DNA of 54,752 bases, filler included, from Bipalium vagum (lineage: Eukaryota): assembly GCA_037834085.1 (NCBI GenBank). It is 3 parts of 3 records of this genome, joined end to end, with 100 filler letters (N's around TTAATTAATTAA, not from the genome) between each part and the next. Parts side by side here need not be neighbours in the genome. Positions count along the whole stretch, not along the records: positions 1 to 15,572 come from JBBMKC010159205.1; 2 more parts are not named here. One strand, given 5' to 3'. Below are positions 1-13,686 of this stretch, one piece after another. Positions within the stretch are counted from its first letter, which is position 1. The number at the start of each line of letters is the position of its first letter. A program made the translations under genes and the position numbers. The notes beneath the pieces were generated by a model, which made no database searches, was not told where the DNA came from, and saw nothing but the letters and a program-made list of their open reading frames with translations.

Positions 1-599
1 ACTATATATGGTATAATAAGATTAATCATAATAAATATAATCATATTAATAAATAAATCTAATAATACTAATGCTAATAAGTATATTAATATTANNNNNN
101 NNNNNNNNNNNNNNNNNNNNNNNNNNNNNNNNNNNNNNNNNNNNNNNNNNNNNNNNNNNNNNNNNNNNNNNNNNNNNNNNNNNNNNNNNNNNNNNNNNNN
201 NNNNNNNNNNNNNNNNNNNNNNNNNNNNNATAAAAATATTAATTAGTCAAAAGGGGAAGTTATCAAATTTATTTATTCTTTTTTTAATATATTAATTCTG
301 AAAATTTCCCTTTTCATAATTCCCATTACCTTTCCCAGTTTACCTGGAAATGATATTTTGATGACGGTAATTAAATTGTCTTTTGCATGTTAATTTTGAC
401 CTTAATTTTATTTAGAAAAAAATTAAATCTACGATTATAATTAATTAATCTGTTTTCGGAAAACTATTTAATAAAAATAAATAAATATTAAAAACGTCGG
501 AACCTTTTGAAAAATTATGAAACAAACCGTTTCCGAAATACTTATTTATCTTGATATATCAAATTAAATATTATTTTAGTCAATTTTTTATCAAGGGAA

Positions 600-1048
600 T
601 CACTGGAGCCAGCATACATCCTCTTTTCATGACAATCATAATTTATGGAATTTTTTGTTTCTATTCAATCCCATTTGTCTCGCTGGGTATATATAATATA
701 TAGGACACTCCTTATGCGGATTAATGTAGAAATTTTCAACTTGAAGTTTTTATATTTATGATATGAAGGACCTCTTAATGTCTCATACCAGCAAACTGTC
801 ACAACTTTCATGTTTTGCTAGCGTTTCCTTTTGACATTCAATATATACAATTTAATTTTTTTCCCGTCACTTCTTTGAAATTTCGAATTACATCAAAGAT
901 TCTCCAGCAAGTGCTGGTGATATTTATACTGCTGGGCACCTGTTAGGCTTCTATCGAATATTCGTCTTCATTTACCTAAACAAAAAACTCTTTTTTGCAG
1001 ACGGTTCCCCCTCTCTGACGGTTCGGTACAAAAAGACTTAAACTTTCC
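600..1048 (-). mobile_element. Highly decayed mariner-like transposase remnant
   Basis: The minus strand begins MESLSLFVPNRQRGGTV, reminiscent of the Mos1 N-terminus (MSSFVPNKEQTRTV). It has many stops and only weak downstream similarity. Confidence 0.3.
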
Positions 1049-1850
1049 ATTCGATGAAATAAGGGAAAATTATAATTTTAAGAAAATATTTTGATTGTTT
1101 TTTTTTAATTCCTTTGCCCCCTTAATCTCCATTTCCAATTTAATTCGATTTCTATTTTCAATGAAACAGATAATAATTCTGAGTACGGTAGAGACTAAGA
1201 ATAAGATTCAGAGAAGAATTTCTATTAATTTTGAGATGTTAAGAGTATACTTACCTATACCAAAAGTATACTACATAAGATTAGTAAATCGAGATTTTGG
1301 TATTAAAAGTACTAATAAATTGTATTTGTTGAATTTATTAACTGGTCTTGTTCAAATAACGATCTTTTATGTTTATGATTACATCTCCAATAACTATACG
1401 ATGCACAAAAGACTTCCTTCAACAGATTACTTTTCATTGGTTCTTTGAATCATTGAATCATTGAAACCATTCTTATTAAGTTCTTTCAGCTATAATACGG
1501 TTACCATGAGCATCTATAAACAATGTATGTTCATCGAGGTAGCCTTTTTTTTTAATTGAACCAGAAATCTAAAGCTTCCCTCAAATTTTGGTTTAATTGG
1601 TTTGTGGGTACAAATTTTGATATGCAAAATGTAAAATGTGTAATAATAATACTTTAGGGATATTATAAAACATTGAAACATAAATATGGATTTTAACAAC
1701 ACATCCATTTATTATTTATGAAAGTTTTTGCGGTTTAAAATTTATGTTATATTCAACAAAATATTATTTTTATTATTATTTAAAATATTTTGAACCTCGT
1801 TGCCTATCCTTCATTCTCCTATTTTTCATTGACCATAAAATTCTTTTCAG

Positions 1851-1952
1851 AGATTTCTTTGACCTGCTCTTCAAATTCTTTCGCTCCTGGAATTTCAGAA
1901 CAATTATTTCTAACGACGTGCAACAATGATCAAGACATACCAAAACTAAACG
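1851..1952 (+). CDS. unc5: UNC5-type netrin receptor, internal exon (N-terminal part of ZU5); first exon visible in the window, gene is 5'-truncated
   Basis: Acceptor ttttcAG (1849-1850) and donor GTaag (1953). Translates (x)ISLTCSSNSFAPGISEQLFLTTCNNDQDIPKLN, which aligns by eye with the UNC5 ZU5 segment 'GVSLLIP..AIP.G..YE.YLT'. It ends in phase 1, matching the next exon. Confidence 0.75.
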
Positions 1953-2399
1953 GTAAGAATGTATGATGGTACTGTTTTATTATCATTTTTTTCTTTCCTT
2001 GATTGTGTTTGGAAAAAAAACCATTAAAAATAAGGAGAATGTTCTCCTTGGAAAATACTGAAGATTTTAATTGATACGGAAAAATTCATCTATTTCGATG
2101 GGTCTTATTTATTATCCTTATTCCTGAAATTCCATATATAATTAGTATGGAAAGTTGTTACAGAAAAATCTGCCACGAAGAAATTAATCTGATAATCTGC
2201 TCCTGTGCATTGATAATTATTAATTAATTTTTATTTTTACGAAAAATTTCTTGTAATTTTTCATCACAACTGATTGAAGATTAAAGGAATTAGACTGGAG
2301 AAAATAAATTTCCTGGAGAACTTGATCACAATTAATTATAAATAAACAATTAATGGATGGTTTGCAAAATATATACAAAAAGGAAAATGTTTTTATTTT

Positions 2400-2905
2400 T
2401 TACTCTCGGTGGTGGTTTATTTTCATTTCTTAGATCCTCATAATGATCCATGTATTTCCCAGTTCTGAACGGATTTTCATTAAGACCAGTCGTATTGAAG
2501 ATGGAATGAAACGACATTTTTGTTTTATTAAAGACTTCTCCAGAAATATTGATAAAATCTTATAAATTAATAAAGGTCTTAGAGTTTCTTTTGTTTCCTT
2601 CAGTTCTTTCTTCTTTCTTAACAGAAATACTTCTCAACGAAGCGTCTCCACCAAGCTCCAGAAAAACCTTAAAGAACAGTTTAACAAAAGACCTTACTAA
2701 AGAAGAAAATTGTGAAGAATAAATTATTTATTCCCTTTTTATACACCAATTATCTTCTTTTCTTTTTGAAAACCACCTTCTTTTAGTTAGATTCAAACCT
2801 CTTAATGAATCTTTCACTTTGTTTATTTGAATAGAAAAGATTTTTGATATTTTTGTCAATTCTTTAGAGACCAAACTCAGAATGGTTTCTTTTTGAACTT
2901 GCCTT
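2400..2905 (-). mobile_element. Decayed pogo/Tigger-like transposase remnant in unc5 intron
   Basis: Minus-strand fragments FSGAWWRRFVEKY (like the CENP-B-type HTH 'W..RF..R') and IFNTTGLNENP (like 'IFN.DETGL'), interrupted by stops. Confidence 0.35.
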
Positions 2906-3299
2906 TAATAATTAATTAATTAAAACAATTAAATTTCTCATTTTCCTACATATCATATAGGCTAATTTTATTTTAAAACTGTTTCTTCTGCAATAATAAG
3001 TGTAAAGATTGATTTAAAAATTTATTTTTATTTTATTGATTTTCAAGTCATTCAAGAATACCTCATCTTCTACCGAAAGATTGGAACAAATATTTTTGGC
3101 CACAAAATATATTTGACTTCATTATTCGTAATACATGAAAATGTTCTACAATTATAATACATGGTGTACCCTGTATGAAATGGATCTAACAACTGCAATA
3201 AAGAATCAAAATTCATGTATATTATTGAGTTGAGTTAAACGTCTTCGTATTCTTAAGAAAAATTCAAAGTCGATTTTTTATTATTATAAAAAATATTAT

Positions 3300-4200
3300 T
3301 CAACAATAAATAAAGGTACCATTTAAATTCAACGACTTTTCGCCATCTGTCAGGTAATTTGAAAATTCCATCCGTCTAGAATTTCTCTGGTCTTAGATCG
3401 ATAAACTCTTTTTGGCAATCCTATAAAGAACTAATTATTTTTTCCATAAAGAGAAGTAAAGATTGAAAGAATAAATAAAAATCAGATGATGCCAGATCTG
3501 ATGAGTAAGCTGAGTGGAAAAAAAACATTCCAGCCAATTTAAAATATTTTTTGTGTCTGTAAAGAAACACGTGATCTCGCTTTATCTTTTTGAAAGAGTA
3601 TACCATATTTGTTGCTCAATTTGATTCAATTTTCTTCGTTTACTACTTTCAAATTATCTAGCCAGGTGTAGTACTACTGGAATTGGTTGTTTCATGTTGT
3701 TTAATAAACTCATAATATGTGATTCCTTTCCAGTGCTACCAAATACACATCACTACCATTTTAGTGAAATTTCTTCACTGCTGTGGTTTGTGGATGTTTT
3801 CCCCCAAGACCTTTTGCGCTGAATATTTTGATACACGATTCATTTGTTTGTCGTCCGTAATAATTCTTTTGAGAAGTGGACTTTCCTGATTTCGATTAAG
3901 CAATGAATTACATATTAATATTCGATCGATTAAATTTTTTTCATTTAAATTGTGTGATACCCAAATATCGCAACTTTCACGTGTTGTATGATAAGGTTTT
4001 TCTTTTACCAAACTTTCGATATGTTGAATTTTTGTCTCCCTGAACCTTCACCATCTTCCGGCCTGGAACCTTTTAAACCAGTTCTGACATACGCGTTCAC
4101 TCACAGCCCTTTTCTTATACACTTCACAAATTTTCTTTTTTGGTTAGCCTTGAATTTTTTTGTCTTGATTATTGATTATTGTATTCCATGTTTCTCCTAT
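3300..4200 (-). mobile_element. Mariner (DD34D-type) transposase pseudogene in unc5 intron
   Basis: Fragments WVSHNL (WVPHEL), KRIITDDKQ (ITGDEKW), HSAYSSDLASSDFYLF (YSPDLAPSD) and GIFKLPDRWRKVVE (C-terminal LPERW) occur in the correct order, with frameshifts and stops. Confidence 0.88.
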
Positions 4201-5468
4201 AATTTCAATTCATGAGAATACTTTTTTATAGAATAACATATTTAAAATGTGCGCGCTAGTTTGAGTATTAAAATAAATATATTTTTTATGTTTTAAATAT
4301 TGTCTTTCAATACTTTTCTTATTTAAGTCACTACAAAATAACAAAGGCTTTTTACTTAACCAAATACTTTTACGAACAATTATTATAGATGTTCTTTTCA
4401 AAGAATTTGCACGGCACCCTATAAAAGTCAGAGAAACACTTTTTGAAGAACTGTAGACGAAAAAATTTAGTCTCAGGCAATTTTTTTTTGTCTACCTTTA
4501 AAAGGTGAAATAATTTTGTATTGTCTCCTTTTTTATTTCTTGTGTTATATTCGAAAGAAGTTTTAAGATTTGCTTTTTTCTTTTTATTTCATAAATTTTT
4601 CTTTTCTCTTTAAGAACTGAAATAAGGGAATAATAATCCAGCAGATTATAAAATGTGTTCTCCATTCCTATTCTCTATTCTCAAAACCTATTATAAATTA
4701 AATAATTGACAGTTTTATAAATAAATTACTAATTTTCAGACAGTAATTGTTTTTCATTAATATTATTTTCTCCTTTAATTTATATTTCACCTGACCGCGG
4801 GAATGAAGCGTCAATCTGAGCATGAATTGAATGATTTTTTGTGGTTCAGAATTGAGGTTTTGATCACTAATTATAATTTTGATTTTTTAATGAAAAATTA
4901 TTTTTAATAAATTGCATATATTTTAAATTTTACAGTTAATTAGAAAATAAATAAATAAATGTTTCAAAAACTTTAAATATTAAAAAAATTAATTTATTAC
5001 TATTATGATTATTGTTAGTATTATAATTATCATTATTAGTTGGTAATTATACATGTAAGGATTAAACTTAAATTCAAATTCAAAACTAAATTTTAAAAAT
5101 TTTAAAGTAATAAATTAAACTTAATCGTAAATTAAAAGTTAAATAAATTTTCAAATTGATTTAATAACGATTTTTAATATGAATAATTAATAATCTCATA
5201 ATTAAAATAAATGATTAATTTTCATTTTTCAACTATTATTTTCCTAAAAGAAATGTTACGTTAAATTTTGATTTAATGAGTTCAAACAGTACGGATACTG
5301 TGACAGTTACTAAGAATACATAAAAATAATAAGTGTATAATAACGATTGATTTAATTTTTATTATTTACTTTCATTTTGATGTTTCATAATTACGACATC
5401 TTGAAATGAATAAAATAGGTATACAATTTTGAATACATAGATAAATTATTGAAAAAAATTTCATTAAG

Positions 5469-5638
5469 CCAACGAAACCCTCCTGTCATCTGTAGTTGTC
5501 TGTGGACCATTTACCACCGTATCTTTAAAGCCATTCATACTCACCTTACCTCATTGCGCTTTTAATGTGGATTCCAAAGATTGGGCTTTGACTATTTTAA
5601 CATCCTACAGCCCATTGAAGCAAAAACCATACTGGCAG
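5469..5638 (+). CDS. unc5: UNC5-type receptor exon, C-terminal ZU5 domain
   Basis: Acceptor ttaAG (5467-5468) and donor GTaagg (5639). Translates ANETLLSSVVVCGPFTTVSLKPFILTLPHCAFNVDSKDWALTILTSYSPLKQKPYWQ, matching the ZU5 hallmark 'TLLSPVVxCGP....L.KPVIL.LPHCA.....W'. Confidence 0.9.
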
Positions 5639-6430
5639 GTAAGGTTCATTATTTGGCTATTTTTATATATTAATAATTATAAGTTATTATTAAAGATAAA
5701 TATTAATATTTTTATATCTTCCCAAATTCAATTTTTTCACAATTGATCTGTTTTGTTTCTTTCTTTAACAATTCAAGTTTTATTTTATTATTAATATATC
5801 AATTTTAAACAAATAAATATATTAATAATATATTTCTTAGTAGCGTTTTCCAAATCTTTTCCCCATATTCTAATTTTAAAAGGAAAAAAAGTTATTTTAA
5901 CGAAAAATATTGCACTTTTATTTTGTCCACAAACAACCGTAGAAGAATGGAATTTATTTTCTGCCAATTTCTTGAAAAATTAATTTTAAAAAATAATTAT
6001 TAAAAAAATATGATAATCATCAAATTTCATGAATTTGAACAAATGAAAGAAACGAATAAAATCCGAAAAATAAATATTACTTTTTTCATTAAGAATTATT
6101 GTTTTTATAGCTAAAAGAAATTTACTTTGTCAATAAAATTCGTTTTAAACTGATGTATTCCGCGACGCCATTTTCGCTATAAATTTACAGATGGTAATCA
6201 CCATGTTATAGAATCTTTGATGTCCATTGTTTGGCCGATAGGACTGGCAGATCCATATTAAAATCGATCATTCCACCAAAGAAAACAACCTAAAATTGAT
6301 ATCTTCATTAACTCTCTTCAAAACCCTAAGAGAAAGAGATTAAGGTTTTATGCTTATACTACTTTTATGTCATCTTTTTCTATTTACAATTCTCATGAAA
6401 TTTATGTCAAGATCATATAAATAAATACTA

Positions 6431-7105
6431 CACCGTTTAAAAAAAACAAGTATCAAATTTTAGAACACGCAAAACATTAATTTTTTAATATTTTACAACC
6501 AATTTTATTTTACATAAAAATAGGATTGTGAAATTTTATGTAAGTGTTTCATATCATTTGTTTATGGGCTCTTTTCTTTCATTAAAATATTAATGTCTCA
6601 AACTATTTAGACATACTGAACTCTTACTTTATGCCACAACTTTGTGAGAGAACAAGATTCACATCAATTTTCAACATGAAGGACTTCCTGTTCACTACGG
6701 AGTTGAAGTTAAAAATTTGTTGAACAGCACATTTTACGACGGTGGATTGATAGAACAGGATTATTGCATTGGACTGAGAGATCTCCAGATCTTTCCAAAA
6801 TTGATTTCTTTCTTTGGTGTTATATAATGAAAAATGTTTATACAAGTAAACGAAAGACATTAAAAGATCTGACAGACGTAATCGAAGAAGAGGCATCTAA
6901 AATATCACCAAAAACGTGTAAAAGTGTTTTGACCTATTTTTATCATCGATTACTATATTGTATTTTAGTTAATGGGGTTTTCTGTTGATAAAGATATTAA
7001 TTTTTAATAAATGTATTTCATTGGGTCAAAAATTTACAGTGCTATCTTAAGTATATTTAACAGTATTAGATTTTAAAGATTGATACTTACTTTTTACAAA
7101 TCCTG
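6431..7105 (+). mobile_element. Internally deleted Tc1/mariner-superfamily element (DD41D-like C-terminus) with degenerate TIRs and TA target duplications
   Basis: Left end TA|caccgtttaaaaaaaacaagtatcaa; reverse complement of the right end TA|caggatttgtaaaaagtaagtatcaa. Internal FQHEGLPVHY and WTERSPDLSKIDFFLWCYIMKNVY match WPPRSPDL...DFFLWG. Confidence 0.82.
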
Positions 7106-9829
7106 TATTTTCTAGAATGTTTTAAGCGTACAGGAATCTCTAGTATCGATTTTATTTGAAGGGAGATTTTAATAAATCAAATTTGAAGGAATGTTTAATG
7201 AATTTTATTTCAAATAAATCAGATTTCGCAAAAACTAAACTTTGGCCTCTGATTCCCTAAAGAGGAGAAATGTTGAGGATAATTTAGCAATATTCATTTC
7301 ACGTTTAACAAAACTTTTCAGTTTTTTTTGGTTATTTTTATAAATTTTCTTAATCATGTTATTATGAAAATCATCATATTCATAATGGAAAATTGTTGTT
7401 CGTTTGAAGAAATAAACAAAAATAATTATAAAAAGGATGTAAAATCATTCAGCAGAATTCTGAAAAACTGAAACAATTGAAAAGTTCAAAATATTATCAA
7501 CCTTTCATTTTATATTGTTTTTAAGTATGATAGTTATTATTATTATTATTAATCTTTATTATTTTTTCATTAATCACAATTAAATATATTCTACCGAGCT
7601 CCTTAGAAAAAATGTATTATCATTATCATTTATTTTTTCTTCCAAATTTTTGCCTAATCATAGTTTTTTCCCTTTAAAATGTAAAATGATTCGTTTTCGC
7701 AACGATAATGATAAAAAGGATGCGTTATACATTCTGCCTGCAACAATGGAAAATGTTGTTTATGGATTAATAGAACTGATAAAAGTGGAAGACAGTCTGT
7801 AAATTTTCGTTTTCCTTTTCTACGGAAATGATACAGTAGACATGATGACTGATGTAATAATTAATGAGAATGGAATGATTCACAAAGCAGCTCTGATTAT
7901 GTTGCATGGATTGTAAATGATGGCAGATTTGTGGAAAATAATTAAACCCATCTTCTCGGTTCACGAGTTTTAGCATTGTGAAACAATGTTACATCTGCAT
8001 TTCCGTGATTGTATTATGTTTTTGTAAATTGTAGTTTGTTTTATCACACTATTTTTGTTATGGACCAATCACATTTTTTGAAAGCTGTTTTCGTGCTCTA
8101 GGAAACCTTGGTAACTTGTTATATTGGCAATAACTTTCTCTAAATAAATGTTTAGAGTAAATATATTTTTTTAAAAATTGTTAAATTTTTATTTAAATTA
8201 TGATTATTTTATTATTCTTCATTTATTAATAATATTTCCTTTGACTTCCGTCATAAAGTTGGTTGAGAATCGTAAGACTGGTGGCATTCTTATTCTTAAT
8301 ATGTTAAATTGTTAATAATAATAAATTTTTTATTGTTCAAATACAAATTCATTTATTTTAAAATTATATCGTGGATAATTTTTATCATTACGTATTTATA
8401 ATTATGTAAATATATAATATAATTAATTAATAATATAAACAAAAACTACTTAAATCATATTTGTTTTACCAAATAATGAGAAAAATTAGACTTTTCTCAA
8501 ATAGAATTTTTTTGTTTTATTAAGCTGAAAATAATTGTACTGAATTAATCAAAATCGACTACTTCAGGCTAAGTGGATTTCCTCTTTGGTTAATACCTGA
8601 AAAAATCTATATTAATCATTCCTCATTTTTATTCTATCATTCATATTCCTATTTATCCTATCGAATGCAATTAACATTATCTATAAAACAGCTGCCCTGC
8701 TCAGATTGGCCACGTTCTCCGTCTCTGAAGACTTATTTGCAAAGACTGTTAAACTATGAAGAAATTATTTAATAACTTATGAGGAAATTAGTAATTAGCT
8801 AAAACACCTGGTTTTCTCAGACTTCCAATGATTTTTTCTAATTATTTTTCACTGGGTTTTATTATTTCGCAGGTACGCGTTGGGTGATATTTAATGTCCA
8901 TGGAAAATAACGGACTATATTGTAATTTACATTCTAATATTATCAGGACCCAACAAATTATTAATTCGACTTTGTATAATAGCACAGGTTTTGCTGGGAC
9001 GCGTACTGGATTATTCACAATAAAATGTATTTGATGGAAATATACATCATAATAATAAATATAATATTATTTGTGAATGATTTTTTTTCCTTTTATAATT
9101 TTATTAAAATTTATATATTTCAAGAAATTCGATAAAAACTGAAGTCATCGTTTTTTGATTTCTCAAATTTCACTTACAATTTACATGTTAAAAAATATTT
9201 TTAAATAATTTCTAAATAATAATTATTATTATTATTATATATATAAAGTAATTTTTAAAAACAATATTATTATCAAATTGTAATTTGTTTTTCAGCATTA
9301 TATTGAGATAAATAATTTAATTAATTGTCTAGATTAACCGTAACATAGAGGAAAATGAGAGAGAGCGAATATTATTTATATTCATCAAAATTATTTTATT
9401 GCCATTTAAATAAATTATATTAATTAATATTTTTATATAATTTTATTATTTTATTGTGTAACATTGACCATTTGTGTAAATGTGTAGATTTTTTTGTTGT
9501 TCATTTTCACTTAAATTTTATCATGTAAAAATAAATGAAAAATTTATTTTTAAATAAACACAAAAATAAGATTTGAAAAATATTAATTAGATAAATTATT
9601 CGATAATTCGACGGATTTGTCAATGTGGGGGAAGATTAGATTGTGATTAAATAAAATAGTTTTCGAAATTAATTTTTCTAAATTAAATAATTTTCATTTT
9701 CATGTTCATTTATTTATTGATTGATTTTTCTCAGTGAAAATTCGATCGCATTTATTTTTCCATTTTTAAATCAAGAACAATATTTTACTGTTTATATTAT
9801 ATATATATATATATATTTGTTTAATTTAG

Positions 9830-10228
9830 AAGTTTTTGGGCCTGGAAACCGAAGAATCAGACTCATCTCTTGGATATCCCCATATGACAAAAGACAAATT
9901 ATACCTAATGACGAACCAACTTCAAAGGTTTTGTATAGTCGGTAGCAGCTGTAGAAATAAGAGAGCGACGAAAATCTTTCGAATTGCAGCCTATTGTTCA
10001 GGATTGGATAAGCGGGGCAAAAACGAGCATATTGTTGTGCGCGTCTATTTTGTTCCCGATATTTCTGAATATCTATCAAGAATTCATAATTTGGAAACGA
10101 ATCGTCTCGGCTCTCGACTCGTTGCTAATCAGAAACAGTTCTTGTGTGAAGATGATACCGGCAACATTATTCTCACAATATCTGACATTGCAATGGAATG
10201 GCAGTCAAGTTCACCCAAAAATTTCCAG
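9830..10228 (+). CDS. unc5: UNC5-type receptor exon, ZU5-C/UPA domain
   Basis: Acceptor tttAG (9828-9829) and donor GTtag (10229); 399 nt, phase 0/0, overlapping ORF 9836..10264. KFLGLETEE...RFCIVGSS...ATKIFRIAAY...VRVYFVPDI...NIILTISDIAMEWQSSSPKNFQ parallels UNC5 'YALVG.S...AAKRL.LA.F...IRVYC..DT...NL.LSI.D....W.SK....YQ'. Confidence 0.9.
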
Positions 10229-11074
10229 GTTAGACTTTTGATCAATGAACTTGTTTACATTTAAACAAATATTCTCAAAAGAAGTTTTATAAAAGTAAGG
10301 TTAAAAGTTGAAGGAAAGAAGGATATTTAGATTTTCTTTACAATTTCTAAATAATAGTAATAATTGTTAGTTGAAAATTAATTGGAGAATCGAACGAACA
10401 AAATTGTAATTTTTACAAAGTTTTAAATATACATAAACATAAATCATCAGCAGATTGCTGTGAGCCTAGTATGGTATTTTTACAAAATAAAAAAAGGTTT
10501 ATCACAAAATTTAAAATTTTTTAATTAGTCACATTTTAATATTAATTCTTCATCGCAGTCAGTTAGAATTTGACTATCAGCAGTCTCTTCTTTTTGTCTT
10601 TGTGGATCATCATTAGCAATGTCATTCATTTCAGAATGATTCATCGATAGCGGTCCCGCATTACGATGAAATTTCTACTTATTTGCACTCCACCTGTTCA
10701 AAGATACGCAGAAAATTCAGATTTTTGACATTTCACATGCGCATGAACTGCTCTGATTGCTGAGCTACTTCCCCGATTAATTTTCAATTTATCTCATAAT
10801 AATAATAATAATAAAATGTTTCAAAATATGAAATAATATATGTTGCAAAACACTTCAAAATTGGTGTTTTGCGTTGTCTTAAAATCTGATATTTACTTAT
10901 TGCACTTTGTTTTATTTCATTATTAATTTAAATTAAGAAATATTGATTTTTAATATATTTTTAAATAATGATAATCATTTAAAATCATTTTTTATTAGTA
11001 TTCAGTTTTCAGATGATTTAGATTTTCTTTTTTTCATATATATATAATTATTAAAATATTTATTTGAAATTTAG

Positions 11075-11397
11075 GAAATATTATTTCAAAACGTCTGGCA
11101 TTCAACGACAATGCATTGCTCCTTTACTTTCATGAGAAGAATGAACAACTGTACCACAAATTCTGAACTTAAAATGTCAGTGAATTCTTTGGATGCTAAT
11201 TGGTATTGTACCCTTTGTATTTATCAACCCAATTCCCAGCAAAACAAGCAAAACATGTTACTCTCATCTCCTGGCAGTTCTTCTCATACTTCCATGTCTG
11301 CAGCTTCAGTTCAATTTTCAAACTATAGTGCTGGAGGTAGTCAAAATTCCCCTTATTTTATCGATGACTGTAACAAAACCAATGATTTTTTCTTCAA
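11075..11397 (+). CDS. unc5: UNC5-type receptor exon, end of UPA domain plus Ser-rich linker
   Basis: Acceptor tttAG (11073-11074) and donor GTaact (11398). Starts EILFQNVWHSTTMHCSFTFMRR, compared with UNC5 'EIPF.HVW......HCTFTLER'. In frame with ORF 11111..11401; ends in phase 2. Confidence 0.9.
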
Positions 11398-11446
11398 GTA
11401 ACTTTTAAAATGATTTTATTTTTATATTTTTGTCCTTCGCTTCAAG

Positions 11447-11548
11447 ATTCCCAGAAGCAACGAAAATGAAGTTGTGCAAATTGTTAGATCCATTACAACC
11501 TCTAGAGAACGACTGGAGACAATTAACCAGATATCTTTCAATAAATAG
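11447..11548 (+). CDS. unc5: UNC5-type receptor exon, first half of Death domain
   Basis: Follows a 49-nt intron (11398-11446); donor GTtatt at 11549. Translates KFPEATKMKLCKLLDPLQPLENDWRQLTRYLSINR, compared with the UNC5 death domain 'KIP...RQK.C..LD.P...GNDWR.LA.KL..DR'. Confidence 0.9.
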   Translation: MPRSNENEVVQIVRSITTSRERLETINQISFNK

Positions 11549-12462
11549 GTTATTTTTCTTTCCTTATGATTTCATACGTCCATTGTATAATGTCCAGAAA
11601 AGAAACTAATATTAAGTTTCTTACTTTGGATGAAACCCTCAGCTTTTTATGTTATTTTTTTATAATTTTTTTATGAAACAAAGCGATATTATTAATTTTA
11701 AATTTTATTTAACTAATGTTTTAGGTAAATTTGATATATTAGGAAGAATAAAAATTATTTAATTAATATATAAATAAATAATAAATAAATGGAAAATAAA
11801 ATTATATATTACAAAGATATTGATTTTCAATTTCTTACTAAATATTTTTTGTAAGATTATAAAATGAATTCAACAGATCTCAGATAGACCAGTGTAATCG
11901 AATTTTATATTATTTTTGTAATATATTTTATTATTATATGATTATATATTTAATTTTTATTATCAATAATAAAGTATACATTCAAAGTTAATAGATTTTT
12001 TGGAAACATATTTGTTTGAGTGCATTAATTTATATTCCATTTGAAAGCGCAAAAATTGTTTTACATTTTCACAAATTTTACTTTACTATTATTACTCATC
12101 ATCTAATTAATATTTTTTGTAGACGTCAAGTAAAAAGAGATCGGTTAAAATGGTCAGATCCCAGAATAAATTTAATTAATCGAAATAAAATCATTTCTCT
12201 CAATTTATCTATTTTGATAAAAATCAAAACTCAACTGTTCTGGATTATTAATTATTACATATTAATTAGATTGATCAAGTTATAAAATAAAAGATTTATT
12301 AAAATTTATTTCTTCATTTATAACCAATGAAATATGCTTAAATATTGTGTAATTATTTTCTTTTTCGAAATATGATATTTATTGAATTTTGTCAACAATT
12401 GAAATTAATAATTATAAACGATTTTCGAAATGAAAAGACGAATTTATTATAAATAATTTTTC

Positions 12463-12511
<49 letters not shown>
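12463..12511. repeat. (ATT)n microsatellite in unc5 intron
   Basis: About 16 perfect TAT/ATT units. Confidence 0.95.
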
Positions 12512-13277
12512 GTGTCCATGTCTGAAAATGAGAGAAAATCTGAGAAGAATTTATTTTTCATACTCTATTTGAGAATTAGATTAAGGAGAAAATTTCTGTC
12601 GAATCTTGTATTCTAATTAAGCAATTAATTGATTTTAGTTATTTAATTAAATCTATTTATCAAAAAGAGAATAAAAATATACAGTGAATGGAAATTAGGC
12701 TAAATCAATACTATTATTCGTCATTTATGTCATGGAAATTATTTTAATTATAAATATAATTTATCTTCATAACTTAAGTTATCTTTTATCTTCCTTTGTT
12801 GCAAATGAAGGCTTTATCATACGCAGAACTGTTATGAAATGCATAAATAATTACAGTTTGACTCTGCTTAATTAGAAGATAAATCATAAATGTTTATCCG
12901 AGATTGCTCGATTCAAAAGAAGTTGTTATCTTAATGACTCCTAGCAAAATGTGAACTTAGCCATAAGTATAATACAGAAACGTTTAATTGCAAATAAAAG
13001 ACAAATTCACCAAGGATATCTCATAATATATAATTAAAAGTTTATATTCATTTTCTCACGGAGCGAAAGAACATTTATGTCAATTTAATATTTGTCTTAA
13101 CAATGTTCCCAAGGACATGTTTTAACAAGGAAAAGAATATTTTTCTAATTTTCTTTATCACAATAATATGAAGAATTTTCAAAATGTGCGTTCAATTGTC
13201 ATTTCAATGTTCTTTGTCTAATGCTATTAGTTAAGGTTATTATATTATATTATTTATTATTATATTATTTATCTTAT

Positions 13278-13325
<48 letters not shown>

Positions 13326-13686
13326 ATTTAATTTATTATTACTATATTATTTCATTATGTTATTCTATTTTGCTTGTTATTACATATATTATTTTATTTA
13401 TTTTATTTTATTTATTTTATTTTATTTTATTTATTTTTATATTATTTACTATTATATTATATTGTTATATTATTTAGTATAATTATCTTATGCAAAAAAA
13501 ACTTTAATGTTTAAAAACTTAAACTGTCTGTTCGATTTTCCAATTAACAGTTCAGTACTTACTTCAGTATAATTCACAATTTTGACGTAAACCATTTTCA
13601 CTTTCGACAAATTATTATTTCCCAATATTGGAGACTTTTAAAATCATTATTCGTAGCACAATTTATTCACCTTTTTTCATTAACAG

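Noticed and set aside
71-295. ORFs containing long X runs (also 22355..22540 and 36148..36372)
   Set aside because: Artefacts of translating N gaps.
1095-1448. 117-aa ORF in unc5 upstream intron
   Set aside because: Non-ATG start, AT-biased composition, no motif and no fitting splice sites.
9721-10241. Overlapping ORFs 9721..9945, 9792..10079 and 9984..10241
   Set aside because: Alternative-frame or antisense shadows of the real unc5 UPA exon.
10545-10800. Possible mariner HTH fragment on the minus strand
   Set aside because: Similarity is too degraded to support a call.
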